DNA of 64,000 bases. Origin: an uncultured candidatus Porisulfidus sp. Its GTDB lineage: Bacteria; Pseudomonadota; Gammaproteobacteria; Poriferisulfidales; Poriferisulfidaceae. The notes under the pieces were generated by a model that did no database searches, was not told the DNA's origin, and worked only from the letters and a program-made list of their open reading frames with translations. A program made the position numbers and the translations under genes. This document shows, piece by piece, positions 20,731-30,046 of the stretch (positions within the stretch are counted from its first letter, which is position 1; each line of letters starts with the position of its first letter). Where the stretch lies: assembly GCA_958431155.1 (NCBI GenBank), contig OY288106.1, forward strand, positions 717,161 to 781,160. The letters run 5' to 3'.

Positions 20731-21860
20731 ATCGCCTGATCTTTCTGGCACTGCTGTTGGCCAGTCCGGCCTGGGCTACGTTGCCAGTTCCACCGCCGCC
20801 GGAACTGAGTGCCCCCAGCTACATCCTGATGGACACGCAAACCGGCAAGGTCCTCGCGGAAGCGAACGCCGACGAGGCCGTCGAACCCGCGAGCCTGACC
20901 AAGATCATGACCACCTACTTGGCCTTCCGCTCTCTGGGAGACGGCCTGATCGCAGAACAGGACCTGGTGACCATCAGCCGCAAGGCGCGCAGGGCGATCG
21001 GTTCCCGGATGTTCGTGGAGGCCAACAGCCAGGTTCCGGTCATCGACCTGCTGCGCGGCATCATCGTACAGTCCGGCAACGATGCCAGCATCGCGCTTGC
21101 GGAGCATATCGCCGGCAACGAGGCGTCCTTCGCCAACATGATGAATGCGGAGGCCGAGCGCCTGGGAATGAGCAGGAGCCATTTCACCGATGCCTCCGGG
21201 CTGGGCGGGCCCGACCACTACATGTCGGCCCGCGATACTGCCATCCTGTCTGCCGCCATGATCAACGAATTTCCCGATCATTACGCGATGTTCCGGGAGC
21301 AGGAATACACCTGGAACGGCATCACGCAGCCGAATCGCAACCGCCTTCTGAAACTGGATCCCACGGTGGACGGCATCAAGACCGGTTTCACTGAGGCGGC
21401 ACGGTACTGCCTAGCCGCAAGTGCCATGCGTCCGGAGCTCGACAATATGCGGCTGGTCTCCGTCGTCCTCGGCGCCAAGAACGGTCGGGCCCGGTTACGT
21501 GACACCCGGGCACTGCTGAACTGGGGATTCCGTTTTTTCCGCACGCGGAAGGTCCACGCCGGCATGGCCCCGCTGACGGAAATCCCGGTGTGGTTCGCGG
21601 AGGTGGAGCAGGTACCGGTGGGGCTGGCCGAAGATTTGGTGATGACACTGCCGGTCGCGGCGTATCAAGAACTGGAGACCACCTACCATCTGGAGCCGGA
21701 GGTGGAGGCACCGCTCACGAGAGGACAGACTGTCGGACGAATCACCGTGCGCCATGAGAACCGGATCCTGGCTCAGGCACCGGCCGTCGTGCTGGCCGAC
21801 GTGCCGCAGGTCGGCTTCTTCACCCGGCTCTGGCACCACTTGCGGCGACTGTTGCACTGA
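20727..21860 (+). CDS. dacA: D-alanyl-D-alanine carboxypeptidase (PBP5/6)
   Basis: SLTKIMT active-site motif, SGN, KTG. ATGA overlap with rlpA stop; the ORF-track TTG at 20706 is less likely. Confidence 0.88.
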   Translation: MNRLIFLALLLASPAWATLPVPPPPELSAPSYILMDTQTGKVLAEANADEAVEPASLTKIMTTYLAFRSLGDGLIAEQDLVTISRKARRAIGSRMFVEANSQVPVIDLLRGIIVQSGNDASIALAEHIAGNEASFANMMNAEAERLGMSRSHFTDASGLGGPDHYMSARDTAILSAAMINEFPDHYAMFREQEYTWNGITQPNRNRLLKLDPTVDGIKTGFTEAARYCLAASAMRPELDNMRLVSVVLGAKNGRARLRDTRALLNWGFRFFRTRKVHAGMAPLTEIPVWFAEVEQVPVGLAEDLVMTLPVAAYQELETTYHLEPEVEAPLTRGQTVGRITVRHENRILAQAPAVVLADVPQVGFFTRLWHHLRRLLH

Positions 21861-22028
21861 CACTACGCTGATCCGCAACCGGATTCCCTTTCCGGAGCCG
21901 GCCCTACCTCTTGTGAAACCCGGCCCATCGGTTCCATAATAGGAATGGCTGGATTGGGAGGCACCGGCATGAACTGGACAAATCCATCGGAGCAAGACTG
22001 TCGGGGCGGCTGAGCCTCGGAGACCGTC

Positions 22029-22865
22029 ATGTCGATCCCCGCTTACTACAACGGCGAATACCGTCCCCTTGAGGGACTCATGGTCCCGATCATGGATCAC
22101 GGTTTCCTGTTCGCCGACGGCGTGTACGAACTGATTCCGGTTTATCGCAAGCGGCCGCGCTGCCTGGACGACCACCTGGAGCGCCTGAAAAACAGCCTTG
22201 CCGCCATCCACATCGAGGGGGCTCCGGAAGAACCGGTTTGGCGCGAGATCTGCGCCCGCCTGATCGAGCAAGGCCCGGACGAATGCTTTGTCTACTTCCA
22301 GGTCACCCGCGGCGTCATCCCCGAGGGGGCCCCTTTCCGCAAACAGTTCCTAGACGGCCCGCCTACCGTGTTCGCCATGGCGCAACCCCTGCCGAAGAGG
22401 CCCGACTCAATCCATGCCATCACCCGCGAAGACGAGCGCTGGGGACGCTGCCACATCAAGTCCATCATGCTGCTGGAGACCGTCCTCGCGACGCAGGCCG
22501 CAGTGGACCAGCGGGCAGGAGAAGCGATCCTGCACCGGGGGAATGAAGTCACGGAGGGTGCCACCAGCAATGTCTTCGCGGTTATCGACGGCCGAGTCCG
22601 GACTCCGATGCTTAGCCTCCGGATCCTGCCGGGCGTAACCCGGAAATTGGTGTTGAGACTGATGCGAGAGAATGGAATGGAATACCAAGAAGGCCGACTG
22701 AGCGTAAATGAACTGCGACGCGCCGAAGAAATCTGGGTCACCGGCTCTACTCGCGGCGTCATGCCGATCGTCGAGTTGGACGGTGTCCCGGTGAGCAACC
22801 GGACCATCGGCCCGGTGGCACAACGTGTCCGCGGCTGGTATCGCGAGTACTGCAGCACGCCATGA
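22029..22865 (+). CDS. class IV aminotransferase (D-amino-acid transaminase / ADC-lyase family)
   Basis: 278 aa fold-type IV PLP enzyme; a family-level call. Confidence 0.7.
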   Translation: MSIPAYYNGEYRPLEGLMVPIMDHGFLFADGVYELIPVYRKRPRCLDDHLERLKNSLAAIHIEGAPEEPVWREICARLIEQGPDECFVYFQVTRGVIPEGAPFRKQFLDGPPTVFAMAQPLPKRPDSIHAITREDERWGRCHIKSIMLLETVLATQAAVDQRAGEAILHRGNEVTEGATSNVFAVIDGRVRTPMLSLRILPGVTRKLVLRLMRENGMEYQEGRLSVNELRRAEEIWVTGSTRGVMPIVELDGVPVSNRTIGPVAQRVRGWYREYCSTP

Positions 22866-23491
22866 CTCCTGCGCCCACAATCCGTTATTGGGACCTGTAT
22901 GACTACGTCCCCTGCGCCGAGGCCATGCGTCGGCAGACCGACGCGAGAGACGAGGCCAGCGCCGATGAAATCTGGCTGCTGCAGCACCCGAGCGTCCTGA
23001 CTCTCGGCGCCGGCGCCGACCCCTCCCACATCCACCCCCAATGCTCGTTGCCCGTGGTGCGCAGCAGCCGGGGTGGCCAAGTGACCTGTCACACGCCCGG
23101 TCAACTGGTCGTCTATACCCTGCTGGACCTGCGCCGACTGCGTCTCGGGGTTCGCGCATTGGTGGAACGGCTGGAAGGGGCGATATTGGCCCTTCTGGCG
23201 GAAGCCCGGACCCCCGCGTACAGGGAAAGCGGCATGCCCGGCGCTTATGTGGAAGGAAAGAAAATCGCATCCATCGGACTGCGGGTCAGCCGCGCCAGAA
23301 GTTTCCACGGACTTGCGCTGAACGTCCACCCGGACCTGAGCCTGTTCCGGCAGATCAATATCTGCGGCAAGCCCGGGCTGGAAGCCACGAGCCTGCACGA
23401 GTGCGGGGTCGACTGGAGCGTCGACGAGACCGCCCAAAGGTTCCTTCCCCATCTGCTGCAGGCCCTGTATCCGAGCGAGGCCCGCGCGTGA
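22862..23491 (+). CDS. lipB: lipoyl(octanoyl) transferase
   Basis: 209 aa, conserved Cys/Lys octanoyltransferase core. Confidence 0.88.
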   Translation: MTPAPTIRYWDLYDYVPCAEAMRRQTDARDEASADEIWLLQHPSVLTLGAGADPSHIHPQCSLPVVRSSRGGQVTCHTPGQLVVYTLLDLRRLRLGVRALVERLEGAILALLAEARTPAYRESGMPGAYVEGKKIASIGLRVSRARSFHGLALNVHPDLSLFRQINICGKPGLEATSLHECGVDWSVDETAQRFLPHLLQALYPSEARA

Positions 23492-24447
23492 GCCTCCCTC
23501 CCGGCGTCAAGCAGACCGCGGAGCAAAAGATTTCGCGTATCCCGATCAGGCCGGCCGCCGATGCCCCCACCCTGCGCAAGCCGCCCTGGCTGCGCATCCG
23601 TCTCCAGCACGCTCCCCAGGTGCGGCGGATGCGTGAACTCCTCCGTTCAAGGTCCCTGCATACCGTGTGTGAGGAAGCGTCCTGCCCGAACCTGCCGGAG
23701 TGCTTCGGCGACGGCACTGCCACATTCATGATTCTCGGCGACCTTTGCACGCGCCGCTGTCCCTTCTGCGACGTGGCTCACGGGCGGCCGCTGCCGGTGG
23801 ATACCGATGAGCCGAAGCGCCTGGCGGAAACCGTCGCGATGCTGAGACTGCGCTACGTAGTCATTACCTCCGTCGACCGGGACGACCTGCTCGACGGTGG
23901 CGCCCGCCATTTCGCAGAATGCGTCCGCGCGGTGCGCGAACGCAGCCCCGGCATCCGCATAGAAGTCCTGGTCCCGGACTTCCGCGGTCGGCTCGTCCGG
24001 GCACTGGAGGAATTGGAAGCCGGGGTTCCGGACGTGTTCAACCACAACCTTGAAACCGTCCCGCAGCTATACCGCGCCGCGCGCCCGGGAGCCGACTACC
24101 ATCACTCCTTGGAACTGCTGAAACAATTCGGCTGCGCCCACCCGGACATCCCGACCAAATCGGGCCTGATGCTGGGCTTGGGCGAGACCGCTCGACAGAT
24201 CCGTGCCGTCATGCAGGATCTTCTGGACCATGGCTGCCGGATGCTGACGCTCGGGCAGTATCTACAGCCGACCCGGCACCATCTCCCGGTCTGCCGCTAC
24301 GTGCCGCCGGAGGAATTCGAGGAGTTGGGCAACGAGGCTAAGCGGCTCGGGTTTTGGGAAGTGGCCAGCGGGCCTTTGGTGCGTTCTTCCTACCATGCGG
24401 ACCAGCAGGCGACAGGCATTCTGGGGCACAGGCCAGGCACAGCCTAA
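23488..24447 (+). CDS. lipA: lipoyl synthase
   Basis: [12 protein letters not shown] and CTRRCPFC Fe-S motifs. The GTG start overlaps the lipB stop as GTGA. The longer ORF-track start at 23041 lies inside lipB and is rejected. Confidence 0.9.
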   Translation: MSLPPGVKQTAEQKISRIPIRPAADAPTLRKPPWLRIRLQHAPQVRRMRELLRSRSLHTVCEEASCPNLPECFGDGTATFMILGDLCTRRCPFCDVAHGRPLPVDTDEPKRLAETVAMLRLRYVVITSVDRDDLLDGGARHFAECVRAVRERSPGIRIEVLVPDFRGRLVRALEELEAGVPDVFNHNLETVPQLYRAARPGADYHHSLELLKQFGCAHPDIPTKSGLMLGLGETARQIRAVMQDLLDHGCRMLTLGQYLQPTRHHLPVCRYVPPEEFEELGNEAKRLGFWEVASGPLVRSSYHADQQATGILGHRPGTA

Positions 24448-24498
24448 TTTCTTCGGAAATCTGTCAAGAAAGTATTCGTTTCGAGCCTCTCATTCGGC

Positions 24499-24504
24499 TA
24501 TAAT
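24499..24504 (+). promoter_or_regulatory. TATAAT -10 hexamer upstream of the small hydrophobic ORF
   Basis: GGCTATAATCC about 33 nt upstream of the GTG at 24538. SD AGGAAG sits 6 nt before the start. Confidence 0.35.
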
Positions 24505-24537
24505 CCCCGCCTGCGTACCCCCCCATAGGAAGCTTCC

Positions 24538-24639
24538 GTGAAAATAGAAATCACACGTGCCGATCTGTTCTTCATGATGATGATCGCTGGAATTTGCGGC
24601 GGGGGACTCGCCGCTGTTGTCAGCATCGTGCTTTGCTAA
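24538..24639 (+). CDS. 33-aa hydrophobic small protein (VKIEITRADLFFMMMIAGICGGGLAAVVSIVLC)
   Basis: GTG start with a strong SD and a -10 box. Single predicted TM helix. No family assignable. Confidence 0.4.
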   Translation: MKIEITRADLFFMMMIAGICGGGLAAVVSIVLC

Positions 24640-24872
24640 GCCGCGGAGTACTTCGCCAGTCTGCATGTGTTCTCCCTGCCACGGAAAATTTCGGGTGAGT
24701 CCGCGTACCTCCCTCGCCTAGCCTTTATCCTGCGCAGCGGATAAAACCCGAGAGCCGACAGGCGCTTGCAGAAGCCTGCGACCGCAGGCACAACGGCAAG
24801 GATGCCGGATTCGACGGGCAAGTCATTCGTCCCCGTCGACTCGAAGAAATCACCACCAAGAAGTCGTTCGCC

Positions 24873-25991
24873 TCAGCGACACACGGGCGGATCGCCTTTC
24901 AGGCCGTCTTTCACCAGAAGAATCTGCCACAACTGGTTCTGGCGCGCCCGGAAAGAACCGGCACAACAGCTCAGGTAGTACCGCCACATGCGGAAAAACC
25001 GCTCATCATAGCGGTCGCGCAAGGATTCCCATGCGCCCTCGAAGTTGGCCCTCCATGCCATAAGGGTGCGATCGTAGTCCTGGCCAAAACCGTGCCAATC
25101 CTCCATTACGAACAGATCCTCGATGGACTGCCCGATCTGTCGGATCGAAGGCGTCATGCCATGCGGGAAGATATACCGATTGATCCAGGGATCGGTGCTG
25201 GTCTCTGTGGTATTGCGGCCAATGGTATGGAGAAGAAACCGGCCCTCGGACGGCAGCAATTCACACACTTTGTGCATGAAGGTTCGGTAGTTTTTGTAGC
25301 CGACATGCTCGAACATCCCGATGGAATAGACCGCATCGAACGTTTCGCCCGGCGGCAGATCACGATAGTCCTGCTGGAGAATTTGTACCGCTTGGCCCGC
25401 GCAATGCTCGCGCGCGAACTTGGCCTGCTCTCCCGACAAGGTCACCCCGATCACTTCCACTCCGTAGCGTTCGGCAAAAAACCGGCACGCTCCGCCCCAT
25501 CCACATCCGATGTCAAGAATCCGGGCGTCCGGCTGAAGAGCCAGTTTGCAGGCGATCAGTTCCAGCTTGGCCACCTGCGCCTCATCCAAGGTCTCGGCCC
25601 GGCGCCAGTAGCCGCAGGAATACATCATCCTTTGATCCAGCATTTTGCTGTAAAGATCGTTTCCCACGTCGTAATGTTGCCGGGCAACCCGCCTGGAGCG
25701 AATGCGGTTCTGCATGTTCAACAACTTCGAAAGCCCACGAATCTTGATCTGGTTCAGACCAATTACCCGCTGGTCGAGGCCAAGGCGTAGTACCCGTGCA
25801 AAAAATTCGTCCAGTGCCTCGCAGTCCCACCAGCCGTCCATGTAGGATTCACCCAGACCGAGTGACCCCTGCGTAAGGATCCGCCAATATAGCCGGGGAT
25901 CGTGCACCTGAAGGTCCCAAGGCTGGGAGCCGTTCTCCTCGATTCCGGCAGAGGCCAGAATCTTCAATGCCCATGTCCTCGCAACAGACAT
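24873..25991 (-). CDS. cfa: cyclopropane-fatty-acyl-phospholipid synthase
   Basis: 372 aa, SAM-binding ILDIGCGWGG. Confidence 0.9.
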   Translation of the reverse strand: MSVARTWALKILASAGIEENGSQPWDLQVHDPRLYWRILTQGSLGLGESYMDGWWDCEALDEFFARVLRLGLDQRVIGLNQIKIRGLSKLLNMQNRIRSRRVARQHYDVGNDLYSKMLDQRMMYSCGYWRRAETLDEAQVAKLELIACKLALQPDARILDIGCGWGGACRFFAERYGVEVIGVTLSGEQAKFAREHCAGQAVQILQQDYRDLPPGETFDAVYSIGMFEHVGYKNYRTFMHKVCELLPSEGRFLLHTIGRNTTETSTDPWINRYIFPHGMTPSIRQIGQSIEDLFVMEDWHGFGQDYDRTLMAWRANFEGAWESLRDRYDERFFRMWRYYLSCCAGSFRARQNQLWQILLVKDGLKGDPPVCR

Positions 25992-25993
25992 TT

Positions 25994-26566
25994 TCAGTCC
26001 TCGTTCGACAATTCGAATTGATGGGTCTCCACCGTCCAGCCGGCACTGCCAACCGTCAGCATCAGGCAGGAAGGTCCTTCATGAACCCGGGTCCGGCCAG
26101 CCGCGCCGGGATTCAATATCCAAGGCAGGGCCTCTTGGTCGCAGACCAGTCGGTGCGTATGCCCGTAGACGACGGTCCTGGCTTCCGGCCATGCTTTCCT
26201 CAATCTCCCGTGTGCCGGAGAAGCGCCGAACTGGTCGCCATGCGTCACCACCAGCGTACCACCGGGAAGCGGAATCTCGGCGGTCACAGGCAAACTGTCT
26301 CCATTGGCATCCCTACCCCCGACATCGTTGTTGCCTGCCACAGCCACAACCCGCCTTTGCCCCACCAACTCCCCAAGAGTCTCCAGCACCGATGCTCCCA
26401 GCACATCGCCCGCATGCACGATCCAATCGGCATCAGCCAGAATTTCCCGGACGTTCGGGTCGATCCATCCGTGCGTGTCCGACAAGATCCCTATCTTTAT
26501 TGTCCGGCGGGAAGCTGTCGACGCGGCCTCCTCGAATCGGGGCTCAACCCCAGATTTACTCTCCAT
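25994..26566 (-). CDS. metallophosphoesterase (YfcE-like MPP family)
   Basis: ILSDTHG, HAGD, GNND and GHTH motifs. Confidence 0.8.
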   Translation of the reverse strand: MESKSGVEPRFEEAASTASRRTIKIGILSDTHGWIDPNVREILADADWIVHAGDVLGASVLETLGELVGQRRVVAVAGNNDVGGRDANGDSLPVTAEIPLPGGTLVVTHGDQFGASPAHGRLRKAWPEARTVVYGHTHRLVCDQEALPWILNPGAAGRTRVHEGPSCLMLTVGSAGWTVETHQFELSNED

Positions 26567-27479
26567 ACTGCCGCTTCTGCAGGTCTTCCTGGTGCGTCGT
26601 AATCTGTTGCTGGCGGCGCTGATCCCAAACTTCCCGACGTTCCTTGATCCGCTTCTCCCGGGCGCCGGGTCGCACTTTCACCGAATTGACGCCGAACAAC
26701 ACCTGCTCCAGGAAACCCATGGCAAACTCATGCAAGCTTTCCTCATCGTCCAGCAGCTCCCGTTCCTGCTCCGGCGAAAGGTCGACCACTTCCTTGAACT
26801 TTGGGCTCTGCACGAATTCACGGAAACTGTCCAGATCATAGCTACACATGTCGAACAATTGCAGGCTCCGTTCGGACGGCGAACCCACGGTAGGACCTGC
26901 CGAGCGTTTTTTGAGGATTAACCGGCGCCAGTGGCTGTTCATCTCATCGTACTTGTCCAGCCCCTGCTCCATTCGATATTCCTCCACCGTCTGCTCATGC
27001 GGTTCTTCATGCCCCAAGCAATGCGCCTCACGCACAACGAAATAGGCGTCCTCGACTTCGCCGGAGCCTTTCTTTCGCACCGCCATATTACCCAAGGCGT
27101 AGTAGCGGCAGGCGGCCGGACGATCTTCGTAAACACTGCACCCTTCCTCGGTCAGGTGAATGCACTCGGAAGTGCCGGGCTTGGTCGCCATTTTCAGCCC
27201 CGGCATGCCATGGGCATCCATTTCGAACGGTATTGTGTAGCGCCCGACGAATTCGCTGGAAGTCAGGCCCAGACGGTTTTTCAAACGCAGGATGTCGTAG
27301 GAAGTGAGTTGCAGATCAATGTTTCGGCAACATGCGTTGAAACAGGCGATATCCTTGTGGCAGCGGAATTGGAATACGCTGTCGAGAGTCAATTCCACCG
27401 GCCGAATGGGAGAAGCCTGAGGGGGCGACGCGGGCTTCGCGGAAATACTCATAGTATGGACCGGGGTTATCGTTTCCAT
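26556..27479 (-). CDS. YkgJ-family Cys-cluster (CxxCxxCC) protein
   Basis: CHKDIACFNACC motif of PF03692. Start uncertain: ATG at 27479 preferred over the track start at 27542. Confidence 0.6.
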   Translation of the reverse strand: METITPVHTMSISAKPASPPQASPIRPVELTLDSVFQFRCHKDIACFNACCRNIDLQLTSYDILRLKNRLGLTSSEFVGRYTIPFEMDAHGMPGLKMATKPGTSECIHLTEEGCSVYEDRPAACRYYALGNMAVRKKGSGEVEDAYFVVREAHCLGHEEPHEQTVEEYRMEQGLDKYDEMNSHWRRLILKKRSAGPTVGSPSERSLQLFDMCSYDLDSFREFVQSPKFKEVVDLSPEQERELLDDEESLHEFAMGFLEQVLFGVNSVKVRPGAREKRIKERREVWDQRRQQQITTHQEDLQKRQYGE

Positions 27480-27542
27480 TTTATAGTATGACCGCTGCCA
27501 TGGGGGGGAGAACCACACCATCGCAAGCCAAGAAAATCCCAT

Positions 27543-28029
27543 TCATTCCAGCCCTTTCCGGTCCATAGCCGTATTGCGCCCGTGTGCGTTCGGGAATGAA
27601 TGCTTCGACGAAGTGCAAGTTCCCTTCCAACCGTGCCCCGAGCAATGGATATGAAAACAATCTTTGTTTTTTTCAAATAGATGCAATGAACATCGAAAGC
27701 TTGTTTTAAAGGATTCCCCCATGCTACTAGAACTAGTCGAAAATCACCTGATGTATACTGTAGGGGTGAGGCATGGATCAGGGCGCATGATGTGCTGGGA
27801 ATCCGGCCTCGCAAACGAGTCACAGCAAAAAGTCCCCGTGATCGACTGTTTACTCTTATCGCGCACCGGCTCCAACCGAAAGACTTTTTGCCGCCTGTCC
27901 TGCCTAAGCACAGTACGCGAATCATGGATATGAATCTACAAATCTGCGATCCACGCCTTGGCGTGCACGGCGTACGGCCTGATGCAATCGAATGCATGAC
28001 GGGTGTTCTGCAACCGTTGAAGGATCATC
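27543..28029 (+). promoter_or_regulatory. Long, relatively AT-rich 5' leader of rne, a probable autoregulatory 5' UTR
   Basis: About 490 nt non-coding and GC-poor, immediately upstream of rne. This position and length mirror the structured, autoregulatory rne leader of other gammaproteobacteria. Confidence 0.45.
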
Positions 28030-30045
28030 ATGAAACGAATTCTTGTGAATGCCACGCAGCAGGAAGAACTGCGCGTGGCTATGGTCGACGGCCAAGAGCT
28101 GTACGATCTTGACATTGAACTGACCGGGAACAAACAAAAGAAATCCAACATCTACAAAGCCAAAATCGTTCGCGTCGAGCCTAGTCTCGAAGCAGCCTTT
28201 GTGGATTACGGTGCGCCGCGCCACGGATTTCTCCCCTTTCGGGAAATCGATCAAAGTTATTTCCAGAACCGGAATGCGTCCTCTATCCGTGAGGCCATAA
28301 GCAACGGTCAGGAACTGATCGTCCAGGTTTCCCAGGATGAGCGTGGCAACAAAGGCGCCGCACTCACGACCTACCCCAGCCTGCCTGGCCGTTTCCTAGT
28401 GCTGACGCCGAACAATTCGCGCGCCAGCGGAATTTCGCGGCAGATCGAAGGCGAAGACCGGGACGAACTGCAGAAACTTGTTTCCCAATTGACCCCTGTC
28501 GAGGGAGGTGGAGTTATTGTTCGAACTGCAGGAATCGGCCACAGCATCGAAGAGCTGCAGTGGGACCTCGACAATCAGGTCCGTCTCTGGAAAGCCATTC
28601 AGGAAGCGGCCAAGAAGCCTGCGCCTTTTCTCATCTACAGCGACAATGATGCAGTCGTCCGCGCCCTGCGGGACAACCTGCGCGATGACATCGGCGAAGT
28701 CCTGATCGACGACGACGAAATTTACGAGCAGGCGTGCAAGTTTGTCGAACGGATGGCTCCGCAATACCGCAAAAATATCAAACTGCACCAAGAGACCATC
28801 CCTCTGTTCAGCCATTACCAAATCGAAAGCCAGATCGAATCTGCGCATGACCGGATGATCGACCTGCCCTCCGGCGGCACGATCGCGATCGATCACACTG
28901 AGGCACTGGTTTCCATCGACATCAATTCGGCGCGCGCCACCAAAAGCGGCGACATCGAGACCACTGCCTTGAACACGAATTTGGAAGCAGCTAGGGAAAT
29001 CGCCCGTCAGTTACGGCTACGCGACCTCGGTGGCCTCATCGTGATTGATTTCATCGACATGGTCAGCACCTCGAACCAGAAGAAAGTCGAAAACGAATTC
29101 CGGGAACGTACCCGGCTGGATCGGGCACGTGTGCAGATCGGACGGATTTCCCGCTTCGGGCTTTTGGAGCTATCCAGGCAGAGGCTGCGCCCCGCGCTTG
29201 GGGAATTCACCCAGATGACTTGTCCCCGTTGTGACGGGCACGGCGCGATCCGAACGATCCAGTCCCTGTCTCTTGCCATTCTTCGCCTGATCGAAGAAGA
29301 GGCGATGAAGCAGAACACGGGGATGGTGATCACGGAACTTCCCATCGATGTCACCGCCTACCTACTCAACGAAAAACGCGACAGTATCGAGAAGATCACC
29401 CGGAGACATGGCCCCCATGTCCGTCTGTTGCCGATGCCGGGGCTGGAGACACCGCACTACCGTGTACACCGCTACCGGGAAGGCGATCCGGAAATCTCAC
29501 GCCGCTTCGATTATCAATCTCCGATTGTCCACGAACCGGCGGCAGTGGAAAAGCCCCGCACGGCCAAGCCCCCTGCCACTCGTCTCGGACGCCGGGAACA
29601 ACCGGTCGTCAATGTGGCGGAACATATCACCGATTCCCCGAACGGTAAAAGCCTGACACGGGGTCTTCGGCGATTCATTAACCTCTTCACTGGATCCGGC
29701 GATCCGCTTCCCGCAGAAGGCAAAGCCGAATCCGGTTCTTCGAAAAGACCGGAAAAATCTAGATCGGAGAATCAGCGACGCCGCTCCCGCTCCCGCCGCC
29801 GAGGGACGGGTCATCAAGCTCGAAGAGAACAGCGGGCCGGCAGCGAAGAATCCGAGCAAAGCGGCAACCGCCCGAGCCGGCGTCGGCGCGGCCGAAGGGG
29901 AGGACGCAACCGCAGACGCGCCGCCGGCGCCGAATCTGCTGGTCATCAGTCCAACGGCAGCACTCCCGCCCAGAAGACATCTAAATCCGAGTCGAAGCCT
30001 CGAGCCGAAACCACCGCGCCGGCCTCGCCCCCGGCAGGGGAATGA
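28030..30045 (+). CDS. rne: ribonuclease E (short form, 671 aa, Arg-rich C-terminal tail)
   Basis: N-terminus MKRILVNATQQEELRVAMVDGQELYDLDIE... matches the RNase E S1 and catalytic domains. The C-terminal ~140 aa is R/S/E-rich. Confidence 0.88.
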   Translation: MKRILVNATQQEELRVAMVDGQELYDLDIELTGNKQKKSNIYKAKIVRVEPSLEAAFVDYGAPRHGFLPFREIDQSYFQNRNASSIREAISNGQELIVQVSQDERGNKGAALTTYPSLPGRFLVLTPNNSRASGISRQIEGEDRDELQKLVSQLTPVEGGGVIVRTAGIGHSIEELQWDLDNQVRLWKAIQEAAKKPAPFLIYSDNDAVVRALRDNLRDDIGEVLIDDDEIYEQACKFVERMAPQYRKNIKLHQETIPLFSHYQIESQIESAHDRMIDLPSGGTIAIDHTEALVSIDINSARATKSGDIETTALNTNLEAAREIARQLRLRDLGGLIVIDFIDMVSTSNQKKVENEFRERTRLDRARVQIGRISRFGLLELSRQRLRPALGEFTQMTCPRCDGHGAIRTIQSLSLAILRLIEEEAMKQNTGMVITELPIDVTAYLLNEKRDSIEKITRRHGPHVRLLPMPGLETPHYRVHRYREGDPEISRRFDYQSPIVHEPAAVEKPRTAKPPATRLGRREQPVVNVAEHITDSPNGKSLTRGLRRFINLFTGSGDPLPAEGKAESGSSKRPEKSRSENQRRRSRSRRRGTGHQARREQRAGSEESEQSGNRPSRRRRGRRGGRNRRRAAGAESAGHQSNGSTPAQKTSKSESKPRAETTAPASPPAGE

Positions 30046-30046
30046 G

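Noticed and set aside
23041-23487. Long form of the lipA ORF (468 aa) starting inside lipB
   Set aside because: The upstream 149 codons are an out-of-frame overlap of lipB with no LipA similarity. The conserved LipA N-terminus begins at the GTG at 23488, coupled to the lipB stop.
24636-24821. 61-aa ORF on the minus strand overlapping the 3' end of the small hydrophobic ORF
   Set aside because: Arg-rich, low-complexity translation with no SD or promoter context. Most likely a spurious frame, though antisense transcription here was flagged as worth testing.
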